64,000 nt of DNA, taken from positions 77,848 through 141,847 of the forward strand of contig LBWB01000009.1 of assembly GCA_000993405.1 (NCBI GenBank). Direction: 5' to 3'. Shown in pieces: positions 39,183 through 47,031 of the stretch (positions are counted from its first letter, which is position 1; the number at the start of each line of letters is the position of its first letter). Below the pieces are notes generated by a model. The model was not told the DNA's origin, did no database searches, and saw nothing but the letters and a program-made list of their open reading frames with translations. The translations under genes were made by a program, and so were the position numbers. Source of the stretch: Candidatus Woesebacteria bacterium GW2011_GWB1_39_12. GTDB taxonomy: Bacteria; Patescibacteriota; Microgenomatia; UBA8517.

Positions 39183-40683
39183 TGGTCTTGAAGAAATTTT
39201 GAATTAAGATCCAGTAATCAAAAGTGTTTACAATTCCATCTTTGTTATAGTCGGCAGATCCGCCTCCAAACCAACTACCATACATCAAAGACAAATCAAT
39301 ATTATTAACTACCCCATCGTCGTTCATGTCTCCTGCCAATAGACTTCCAAAATTCACTAAATTTTCCCCCGAGTCAACCAGTAAGGTCGCTTTCTTTCTT
39401 AAAAAACCAGTTACTTTCGCGAAGAATTCGTAAGTGTTTCCAATAAACTGTGCAGGCAATTCAATTGGAGCGCTCACGCCCTCGGTGTCCGTTGAAAAAC
39501 TATTAGAAAAGCCGTCGCTACTTTCAACAATTCCTGCTACCTGATGCCCACTCGTCCCCTCAAAGGACGTTGTCAGTTTAACCTTAAGGCTGGCCTTATC
39601 AATTATCTCTATAGAAAGCGGTTGAGGGGGAGTCAAAATATCCTGGCCGCTGGCGGCTGCAATCACATTGCTTTCGCTTTTCGAGTTGGGCGCAAACTCG
39701 AAGTCAAAATCGGTAGTTCCGACAGATTTGGCCAAAAAGTTTACGGCTGCAACCGAACCCTTCCCTACATAGCTAAACCCCTGTGACTCGATTTGAGAAA
39801 TTCTAATCAGGCCAGCGGAATTATCAAAAGAACTGATAGTGTTTCCGCTTAAAAGTTTATTATCATCAATTGAAACTACTTCCACTTTTGATGGATCAAA
39901 GTTAACCACGGCATCTATACCCACGACGGGAGTGGAAGTTGATACCTGCAAATCAGTTGAAAACTGACTACCCAAGATAGGAGGGTTAATAAGACTTAAA
40001 GAAAGTGTTGTCGGATCTGGGGATGAAGGTGTATCGGTAGGCGTGGGAGTAGGAGTATCCGTTGGCAAGGGAGAATTGGTTGGCGTGGGAGTAATTTCAG
40101 GGGTTACTTCAATGTTAGCCAATAAATCCGCATTTTCCGTCAGAAAATCTAGATTTTGGGCATCTATGCTTACAATTTGTATGTCTTGACTATCTATTGC
40201 CAATTCCGAATGGATATTTGTTTCTTCTGTCTTTAACTCCAAAGGTATTTTTGCTAATTCAAAAACTCCTGAAGGTGGACTTTGCCGTTGTTCAGCAGAA
40301 AGACCCAGAACAAGCAGTATTTGCCCGTTTGTGTTGGCTTCATTCATGCCTGTCTTTTCTATCACACTAGCCAAAAGTGGCGTAGTTTCAATTTCCTGGG
40401 AAAGACTGAAATAAGTATTGTCAAAGTAAATTTTTACTCTTATAAAGCCGATTCCTTCGCTTTTGGAATCGACCGTCAAACTGAAAGTGGTATCTGGAGG
40501 AAATACTGCAATATTGGGCTCAAAATAAATATCGACTTGATCTTGAGCCTTAACAAGATTTAGTTTAAAAACCCAAAATGAAAAAGTATAAAAAAGAACC
40601 AAAAACAAGAGAGATAAAAGTGAAAATCTAAATACAAAAGTACTTCTTTTAAGGGCCTTGAATTTTTGGAATAAATTAATCAT
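39175..40683 (-). CDS. Two-cohesin + dockerin adaptor-scaffoldin-like protein
   Basis: Two cohesin-like domains (KIYFDN; GIDAVVNFDP..ESNV..GQDIL), PT linker, GDMNDDGVVNNIDLS / ADYNKDGIVNTFDY. Confidence 0.78.
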   Translation of the reverse strand: MINLFQKFKALKRSTFVFRFSLLSLLFLVLFYTFSFWVFKLNLVKAQDQVDIYFEPNIAVFPPDTTFSLTVDSKSEGIGFIRVKIYFDNTYFSLSQEIETTPLLASVIEKTGMNEANTNGQILLVLGLSAEQRQSPPSGVFELAKIPLELKTEETNIHSELAIDSQDIQIVSIDAQNLDFLTENADLLANIEVTPEITPTPTNSPLPTDTPTPTPTDTPSSPDPTTLSLSLINPPILGSQFSTDLQVSTSTPVVGIDAVVNFDPSKVEVVSIDDNKLLSGNTISSFDNSAGLIRISQIESQGFSYVGKGSVAAVNFLAKSVGTTDFDFEFAPNSKSESNVIAAASGQDILTPPQPLSIEIIDKASLKVKLTTSFEGTSGHQVAGIVESSDGFSNSFSTDTEGVSAPIELPAQFIGNTYEFFAKVTGFLRKKATLLVDSGENLVNFGSLLAGDMNDDGVVNNIDLSLMYGSWFGGGSADYNKDGIVNTFDYWILIQNFFKTND

Positions 40684-40810
40684 CTAAGAAATATGACCAA
40701 AAAAAACCCTGCATTTTTGCAGGGCCTCCGTTTGCGGTCGGCTCTTTCTTTTCTAATTGTAACAGATTACCCTATTTTGGAACATAAAGTCAACCCTGGT
40801 GGTTAGTTTG

Positions 40811-41767
40811 TCATTCCCCTAAATAGGCTGAAGAAAAAACGGGTTGACCGATCTCAGATATGTAAGAGCGGTAAAGGTTTGAAGAAAAAAGTCTCCCACC
40901 TCTATACATTAAGTCGACTACGAGACCCTTCTTTGTTTTCTCACTCCACATTTGGTCGAAAATAAAATTGCCCAAAGAATAATAAACAGGTACTCCATTA
41001 ATTATTTCCGAATTTTGAACCCAATGTGGGTGGTGGCCAATGATAACATCCGCTCCCGCATCAACCATCTCCTTAGCCCATTCTCTTTGCTTCCTGGTAG
41101 GCTTATCTGTATATTCAACCCCCCAGTGAACCCCAACTATTACAACATCAGCTTTTTCATTAGCGCTTGTTATCAATTCAAGATCAGCATCATTCAGTAA
41201 ATCTACGGTAAAATCGAAGCCGAGGAAACCAAATGACATATTCCTATATTGTTTTATGACTATATCGCCAAGTCCGGTTACTAAAATACCATTTTCTTCC
41301 AAGATTTTTACGGTCTCATTTATTCCCTCTTTACCATAATTCCCAGAGTGATTGTTGGCCAGACTCGCTACATCTACTCCTGCAAAGGTGAGTCCCGCAA
41401 CCATTTTAGGATCGGCACAAAATTTAAAACCGCTATCGTTCTTTGGACAATCAGGGATTATTGGATTCTCCAGATTGATAAAAACTAAGTCTGCCTCTCT
41501 TAACTTATCGGCCACCTTTCTAAACGGATAAATCGGATCCTCCTTTTCTTCCGCCTCAATCATCACCGTTCTTCCAAGCATTACATCACCAGTTGCAATT
41601 ATTGTTATCCTTTCAGGGTCCTCGTTTTGAAGTTTCGGGGTAAAACTTATTACCTGTTTTCTACCATCCATAAAAACAACAAATACAAACACTAGAGATA
41701 AAATCGCTAAAAATAAAAAAACGAAGCCTTTTAAATATGGCTTAGAGTTTGCCAATTTAGCGGACAA
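40811..41767 (-). CDS. CapA/PGA_cap metallophosphatase-family protein
   Basis: GDVMLGR, NLENP, LANNH, HWGVEY, GHHPH, YSLGNFIFDQ. Confidence 0.92.
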   Translation of the reverse strand: MSAKLANSKPYLKGFVFLFLAILSLVFVFVVFMDGRKQVISFTPKLQNEDPERITIIATGDVMLGRTVMIEAEEKEDPIYPFRKVADKLREADLVFINLENPIIPDCPKNDSGFKFCADPKMVAGLTFAGVDVASLANNHSGNYGKEGINETVKILEENGILVTGLGDIVIKQYRNMSFGFLGFDFTVDLLNDADLELITSANEKADVVIVGVHWGVEYTDKPTRKQREWAKEMVDAGADVIIGHHPHWVQNSEIINGVPVYYSLGNFIFDQMWSEKTKKGLVVDLMYRGGRLFSSNLYRSYISEIGQPVFSSAYLGE

Positions 41768-41852
41768 AAATAATCCCCGCGATCACAAACGCGAAAATCG
41801 CGCAGGCAATAAGGATGTATAACAAGGAATAATCCTTTTTGTTTGTTGCCAT
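41757..41852 (-). CDS. Small single-TM protein (31 aa), not in ORF track
   Basis: MATNKKDYSLLYILIACAIFAFVIAGIIFVR exactly fills the gap between co-oriented genes. Confidence 0.5.
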   Translation of the reverse strand: MATNKKDYSLLYILIACAIFAFVIAGIIFVR

Positions 41853-41862
41853 CTTTTTTTGA

Positions 41863-42681
41863 CTAGAGAGCTAAAAGCGCTGCTCCGATAATAACAAGAA
41901 TACCCAGTCCGATTCCAAAGTAAGTTGGGTATGAAACTCCCGCATCGGGTAGTCCACCCTTACCGGTTCCGGTCGGAGTTGCTGTAACACTAACCGCTCT
42001 TGTAGGCGTAACAGTTCCGGTCAGTCTCGTGGTCGGAGTCGGACTTCCTGTTACCCGAGTCGTTGGGGTCGGGGTTCCGGATATCTGCGTCGTAGCTCCG
42101 GCTACAGTATAGCTTCCTGTTGAAGTAGGTATGAGAAGAATGTCTTCGTTATTGGTCTTTCTGGTAATGATTGATTCTGCCGGGTCAAAACGTATAACTA
42201 ACGGCGAAACTGACGGTGTCCTATCGACCCTTAATGTTAAATTCGCCAAAAGTGTTGCCGTATTTGCGGTAAATCCAAAAGCACTGGTATTTGTACAGGA
42301 AATATCAACAACTACATTTCCACCCGAAAGACTGGAATTTTGTATCGGACAGGTCCAATCACCTGAAGATAAAAGAGCAGAGTTAACTTCGATTGACGAA
42401 ACGCTTACTTCGGGAGTTGTTCCCGAAAAGGGATAAGTAAGTCTTACCGCTACTCCTGATATTGCGATATTTGCCGGATTAAAATAAATGCTTGAGTTGA
42501 TCGTGTCGCCGACGTCATAATCCCCTGTCTCCGGGGAAATTGAAACCTCGGCCTGGCCGGTTGGAACAGACGCTTCCTCACGCAGCTCCTGTCGTTCTCT
42601 TAAAAGCACAAGACCTGCCACAAAACCTCCCACCGCAACTATGATTATTAGAAGTGCAACAATTATCTTTTTCGCAGGCAT
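41863..42681 (-). CDS. Cohesin-domain surface protein with LPDAG sortase-like signal
   Basis: N-terminal TM, cohesin-like domain, TPTPT repeats, LPDAG + hydrophobic tail. Confidence 0.72.
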   Translation of the reverse strand: MPAKKIIVALLIIIVAVGGFVAGLVLLRERQELREEASVPTGQAEVSISPETGDYDVGDTINSSIYFNPANIAISGVAVRLTYPFSGTTPEVSVSSIEVNSALLSSGDWTCPIQNSSLSGGNVVVDISCTNTSAFGFTANTATLLANLTLRVDRTPSVSPLVIRFDPAESIITRKTNNEDILLIPTSTGSYTVAGATTQISGTPTPTTRVTGSPTPTTRLTGTVTPTRAVSVTATPTGTGKGGLPDAGVSYPTYFGIGLGILVIIGAALLAL

Positions 42682-42741
42682 ATTTATATTCTAATCAATT
42701 AAAGCACCATTTGCAAAGTCTTTGCAAGTGCTATTTTGAAA

Positions 42742-42996
42742 TCACTGAGTAGGACACCCCCCAAGAATGTCTCCGTGATTCAAATGCTCTTCCAAGTCGC
42801 TTTCTTTTAGTTCGATCAAACTCCAATAATCTCCCCCTTCCTCCTTGTGACAGACAACAAAAGTTTCTTTTTCTAACTCTTTGGCCTTATTTCTGAAATC
42901 CTGAACTTGTAAAACTAATACAACTCCTGCCGCAACACCTATGACTAATAGTAGTATCCCCAAAAGACCAAATGTATTTTTCCCTTTCTTTGCCAT
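42742..42996 (-). CDS. Small membrane protein with VCH...HL.HGD..G.C motif
   Basis: TM followed by Cys/His motif. Confidence 0.7.
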   Translation of the reverse strand: MAKKGKNTFGLLGILLLVIGVAAGVVLVLQVQDFRNKAKELEKETFVVCHKEEGGDYWSLIELKESDLEEHLNHGDILGGCPTQ

Positions 42997-43085
42997 TCCA
43001 GTATATTCAATTTAACTTCCTTGGTTTTTAAAGTCAAATATTGATATAATCGAGTCGAATCAAGCCGAGATAGCTCAGGGGTAGA

Positions 43086-43193
43086 CCTGCCCGCCGAAGT
43101 CGTGCCGTCGTAGCTCAGTTGGTAGAGCGTGCCCTTGGTAAGGGCAAGGTCACCGGTCCAATTCCGGTCGACGGCTCCAAATACGTAGGCGGG
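43086..43193 (+). mobile_element. REP-like hairpin element (cccgccgaagtc...cgtaggcggg) carrying a tRNA in its loop
   Basis: Same arms as the empty copy at 57147..57169. Confidence 0.7.
43104..43179 (+). tRNA. tRNA-Thr(GGT), CCA encoded, nested in another tRNA gene
   Basis: GCCGTCG/CGACGGC, TGCCC-TTGGTAA-GGGCA, ACCGG-TCCAATT-CCGGT. Confidence 0.93.
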
Positions 43194-43320
43194 GCACTTT
43201 CTTGCCTGCCTTTGGCAGGCGACTTCGTCTAAAGAAAGGGGTCGTGGGTTCAATTCCCACTCTCGGCTCAAATCAGTTAGATTGTTGCATGGTTACATTA
43301 ATAAAAGTAAAATACCTACT

Positions 43321-43506
43321 ATGGCTAAAAAAGGGGCAAGGGAAATAGTCGCATTAGTCTGTACTGTCTGCAAAAGTCAAAATTACGTGACTGAGCGGAA
43401 TAAGGTTAATATGGATTTGAAAGGCAAAGGCAAGCTGCAGATTAAAAAATGGTGCAAACGATGTAAGAAAGTCCAACTACATAAGGAGACCTCTAAACTA
43501 AAATAA
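43321..43506 (+). CDS. rpmG: 50S ribosomal protein L33
   Basis: LVCTVCKSQNY.T..N, KKWCKRCKK...HKE. Confidence 0.95.
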   Translation: MAKKGAREIVALVCTVCKSQNYVTERNKVNMDLKGKGKLQIKKWCKRCKKVQLHKETSKLK

Positions 43507-43581
43507 GTTCACCTATAAAGCCAAGTCTGATATTTGATATATACAAAAATGCTATCATTAGTATGATATATCGAACTATTA

Positions 43582-43983
43582 ATGACACATTTATCTCGCA
43601 GAATTTTGCAGTCAAAAACCGAAAAGGAATTAAAAAGCATCTTAAAAGAGGCGCTTCTTAATTTAAAATTCAGTGAGTACGATAAAGTATTTTACTCTCT
43701 AATCACCAAGACCGAGGAGCTAATGATAGCTAAAAGACTTGGAGTAATATTAATGCTTTCAGAGGGTGCAACTTACGAGGAAATCTCAGAATCTTTAAAA
43801 TTAACAAACGAAACTATATCAAGAGTTCACTTTGAAATGAATTCTCATCCTGCAACTTACAAATTTTTGTTAAATAAATTAAAACCATGGAAAAGAAGGA
43901 AACTCTTAAAAGAGATTCTCGGAGATCTTGGATTTAGAGCTTTAAAACTTACCGCCAAACATGTGGGTGGTCGAATTTATTAA
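43582..43983 (+). CDS. TrpR-like (YerC/YecD) HTH protein
   Basis: TKTE..MIAKRL...ML..GATYEEI...L......ISRV. Confidence 0.85.
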   Translation: MTHLSRRILQSKTEKELKSILKEALLNLKFSEYDKVFYSLITKTEELMIAKRLGVILMLSEGATYEEISESLKLTNETISRVHFEMNSHPATYKFLLNKLKPWKRRKLLKEILGDLGFRALKLTAKHVGGRIY

Positions 43984-44015
43984 CTTATTTTCTCTTTCGA
44001 TCTCTAAAGGTTGCT

Positions 44016-44035
44016 TAGTTCGATATATCGAACTA
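44016..44035. promoter_or_regulatory. Perfect 20-bp palindrome tagttcgatatatcgaacta, near-copy at 43559..43578
   Basis: The two copies flank the TrpR-like gene. Confidence 0.55.
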
Positions 44036-44142
44036 TAAGGCAGGAAATTTACAGTAAAGTTCGAAGGTGTTAAAATATACAAGTTAAGGATTACAATTTA
44101 GGACTGTCGGTTAATACTAAACCATAGTTCTTTAAACAATAT

Positions 44143-44213
44143 AGGGTCGTGGTGAAATGGTATCACGGCGGTCTCCAAAACCGCTTTTCCGGGTTCGAAT
44201 CCTGGCGACCCTG
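44143..44213 (+). tRNA. tRNA-Trp(CCA)
   Basis: AGGGTCG/CGACCCT, GCGGT-CTCCAAA-ACCGC. Confidence 0.95.
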
Positions 44214-44303
44214 CAAAACAAAAGTGACTCTCTTGTGGAGTCTATTTTTGTTTTGTGGCCAGGATGAGAAATTTACACTGAGCGAGTGAAACGAGTCGAA
44301 TGT

Positions 44304-44323
44304 GAATCCTGGCGACCCTGCCA
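44304..44323 (+). repeat. Duplicated tRNA-Trp 3' end (att-like)
   Basis: gaatcctggcgaccctgc identical to the tRNA 3' end, here completed with CCA. Confidence 0.8.
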
Positions 44324-44395
44324 ATTCTTTGAAATTCCAAGTGTGTCAAGCTATTCCACTCCAGGTGTGGTTTAAACAAGTGATATTATTAATTT

Positions 44396-44722
44396 ATGCT
44401 TAGAGAATACGATCGAAAAATCAAAAGGCTTCTTGATTCAAAACGTGCAGACACGGATTGGAAAGAAATCTTTAAAACCCATCAAGAAATGGTATCAATT
44501 ATCCGGCACGAAAGACTTTTACATCTTCTGGTTATGCTGACTGTGGCAATTATAGTAACAATTGTATTTGCTTTAATTATTGTGTTTGAAAAAACCATTC
44601 TTCTTTTATTGGGTATTCCGCTTTTTGCATTGTTTATCGGATATATCATCCACTACAGGTTTTTGGAAAATACAACTCAAAACTGGCACAAATTGTCCAT
44701 GGAAATAAAGAAAAATATTTAA
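44396..44722 (+). CDS. Two-TM hypothetical protein
   Basis: HERLLHLLV, HYRFLENTTQ; two hydrophobic segments. Confidence 0.75.
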   Translation: MLREYDRKIKRLLDSKRADTDWKEIFKTHQEMVSIIRHERLLHLLVMLTVAIIVTIVFALIIVFEKTILLLLGIPLFALFIGYIIHYRFLENTTQNWHKLSMEIKKNI

Positions 44723-44830
44723 CTATTGTGACCTCTTGCAAATATTCTTAAGATATTTCAATTTGGTTGAAACAGTCCTTCGATCCCACTCGGGATAAAT
44801 CCACTAATCCCTGCAAAATAGCCTCTGGCA

Positions 44831-45250
44831 TTATAAATTTATAAACTGAAGATATTTCTCTAATATAGGATACATTCCTACCATTAAATCTTTATATCCC
44901 AAAAGTACTTCAGGACTCTCCCACTTGTATTTATCATGCCCTTCTAAGTTTAAATCAATTTTTGAGTTTGAAGTTAACGTTGTTTCCGCTAACCAAACAT
45001 CGTAATTAATTTGCTTGCGGACTACGTAAAAATTAAAGGTACCCAGATGAGTTAAGTTTTCCTGATTAAACTCTAACCCTATTTCCTGCCTGGTTTTTGA
45101 AACTGCTGTATCTATAAAGGACGCCCCCTCAGCAACCTTACCACCTGGCAAACCCCAACGATTACCTTCTGGAACATTGCCTTTCCGATGCAGCACTAGC
45201 AATTGTCCGCCCTTATTTACTAACAGTATTCCTGCTGCTCTAATAGCCAT
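44831..45250 (-). CDS. NUDIX hydrolase
   Basis: WGLPGGKV..G......A.....QEIG. Confidence 0.8.
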   Translation of the reverse strand: MAIRAAGILLVNKGGQLLVLHRKGNVPEGNRWGLPGGKVAEGASFIDTAVSKTRQEIGLEFNQENLTHLGTFNFYVVRKQINYDVWLAETTLTSNSKIDLNLEGHDKYKWESPEVLLGYKDLMVGMYPILEKYLQFINL

Positions 45251-45338
45251 ATAAATGAAGATTAGCATTTGAATAAGCATAATTAAAGAAGCTCCTGACA
45301 AAGTTTACTAGCCCCTGCCGCGTAACCTCGGTGGTATA

Positions 45339-45881
45339 ATGCGTTTGATGGAAATTGTTGATTTATCACAATCTCTCTTTGATGGAATGGAAGTTTATCC
45401 AGGCGACCCAGAGGTTCGCATAAAACAAATTCATACCTTAAACAAAGAAGGTTGGAGGCTTAGATATCTCCAATTCTCTACCCATATCGGTACTCACGCA
45501 GACGGCCTTTCTCATATGGACAAAAAGGGCACAACAATTGACAAGATGCCTATCAGTAAATTCATAGGTAAGACAGTTCTTGTTAAACCAAGCGACAATT
45601 TTCCTCAGGGAATAGGACTAGCGTTTAGGGATAATATATTGGGTTTAGATATTTTCAAAAAGATAGTAGATGCGCGACCTTTGTTTGTTATCGCTGGAGA
45701 TAAATGTGACTTTGAACTTGAGATGGAAAGAAAACTCCTGCAAGCAGGAGTTCTTACAATGGCTGGGCTGGTGAATATGAATAAATTACCAAGAAACAAG
45801 CCGTTTACGTTTTATGGTGTCCCTCTAAATATTAAAAATGGTGATGGCTCTCCAATTAGGGCTTTTGCAGTGTTGGGCTAG
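45339..45881 (+). CDS. Cyclase / kynurenine formamidase family
   Basis: VYPGDP, THIGTHAD, GDGSPIRA. Confidence 0.9.
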   Translation: MRLMEIVDLSQSLFDGMEVYPGDPEVRIKQIHTLNKEGWRLRYLQFSTHIGTHADGLSHMDKKGTTIDKMPISKFIGKTVLVKPSDNFPQGIGLAFRDNILGLDIFKKIVDARPLFVIAGDKCDFELEMERKLLQAGVLTMAGLVNMNKLPRNKPFTFYGVPLNIKNGDGSPIRAFAVLG

Positions 45882-46063
45882 TGTAAAAATAGTTCCCTAC
45901 AAAATTCACTAGCCCCTGCTTAAAATTCCCTAAATTCCCAATGTGTCAGATGTTTGATTCTGAGCGGTGGACTTTTCGCTCAGACTCGAAGAGCTATTTA
46001 ACTCCTGGAATTGTTTAGTGTGGCTAAATCAATGTACTTTAAGAATTTCGTAAATATTTAGAC

Positions 46064-46363
46064 TTACTTAGAAATACAGTCAAACTCATAGCCGCCACTA
46101 TCGGATATTGGTACTTCAACCTCTTTACAGTTTTCAATCGAAGCATCGCACATCTTAATTTTTTGACCGGTATAAAACTCCCTTTTATTAACAACTTGAC
46201 ATCCTGCTTTTACACATTCTTTTGCTTCTGTTTCGCCTTCCATATAACCAGCACTGCCTGAAAATTGGCTACAATATCTATCGTTATTCATACTGACCCG
46301 GTAAAGTAAAAATACTAGCAATATAACGAAAATTAAAACCACTGGCAAATAAACTTTTTTCAT
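46064..46363 (-). CDS. Small secreted/membrane Cys-rich protein
   Basis: MKKVYL + TM, six Cys. Confidence 0.6.
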   Translation of the reverse strand: MKKVYLPVVLIFVILLVFLLYRVSMNNDRYCSQFSGSAGYMEGETEAKECVKAGCQVVNKREFYTGQKIKMCDASIENCKEVEVPISDSGGYEFDCISK

Positions 46364-46370
46364 AGTAAAT

Positions 46371-46477
46371 AAACTACCGAGGGTTAATAACCCACGGTAT
46401 TCTCGCCCTTTGGGCTCAACAAGTTTGTTCACTCCTCCCTTTCATCCGTGGACTAAAAGTCCACAGTTTTCAGGGAG
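46371..46477. mobile_element. Miniature non-autonomous IS200/IS605-like element (two end hairpins, no transposase)
   Basis: accgagggttaataacccacggt and ttcatccgtggactaaaagtccacagttttc hairpins. Confidence 0.5.
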
Positions 46478-46637
46478 TTTGAATAAATTATATATCATCC
46501 CTAAACCATCTCAAATGAGCTTATTTCATACCAATGGTTTGACCATGCTCACGATTTGTAATTGCTCGTTTATCCTGAGACATCTTGAAAGAAAGTCCAG
46601 CGCATAATCTCTGCTATTAAGTGTTATTATTTAAGAG

Positions 46638-46997
46638 GTGTTATTAAAATTTACTAAGTATCTGATTATTTTTTACTTCATCTTTATGTCGCTGTTTTTT
46701 TTATTCGGTTTTGCCGTTGTTATTGATTCGGGGAGCAAAAATTTATATCTTACCTTCAGTTTGTCAATCTTTGGAATATTGTTTTTGTTATCGGGAGTAA
46801 AGCTCCTAAAAAACTCTCAAAAGGCTTACTTATTTTCTATCACTACACTTACTCTCGAATTTATTATTACCGCTGCTTACAGGTTCTTTCTTGTTACAAA
46901 CCACAAACTTCAGATAATCGATTTAAATAATCTACTGCTGTTTGGAATACCGTTAATTCTTATAATAGCGATCAGCAATAAATCTGAGTATCGCTAA
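46638..46997 (+). CDS. Four-TM hypothetical membrane protein
   Basis: Hydrophobicity pattern. Confidence 0.65.
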   Translation: MLLKFTKYLIIFYFIFMSLFFLFGFAVVIDSGSKNLYLTFSLSIFGILFLLSGVKLLKNSQKAYLFSITTLTLEFIITAAYRFFLVTNHKLQIIDLNNLLLFGIPLILIIAISNKSEYR

Positions 46998-47031
46998 GTT
47001 TAAACATGACACACTTGGGGTATTCACGAAA

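Larger units (their letters stand above)
43064..43270 (+). pseudogene. Interrupted outer tRNA (probably Thr) with insertions in the D-arm and anticodon loop
   Basis: GCCGAGA/TCTCGGC acceptor, GCTC..GA|GC D-stem, CTTTC/GAAAG anticodon stem, GTGGG-TTCAATT-CCCAC T-arm. Confidence 0.8.

Noticed and set aside
43202-43233. Group I or archaeal BHB intron in the outer tRNA anticodon loop
   Set aside because: Far too short for group I and no clear bulge-helix-bulge; looks like a REP hairpin
42945-43271. 108-aa minus-strand ORF
   Set aside because: Antisense translation of the nested tRNAs
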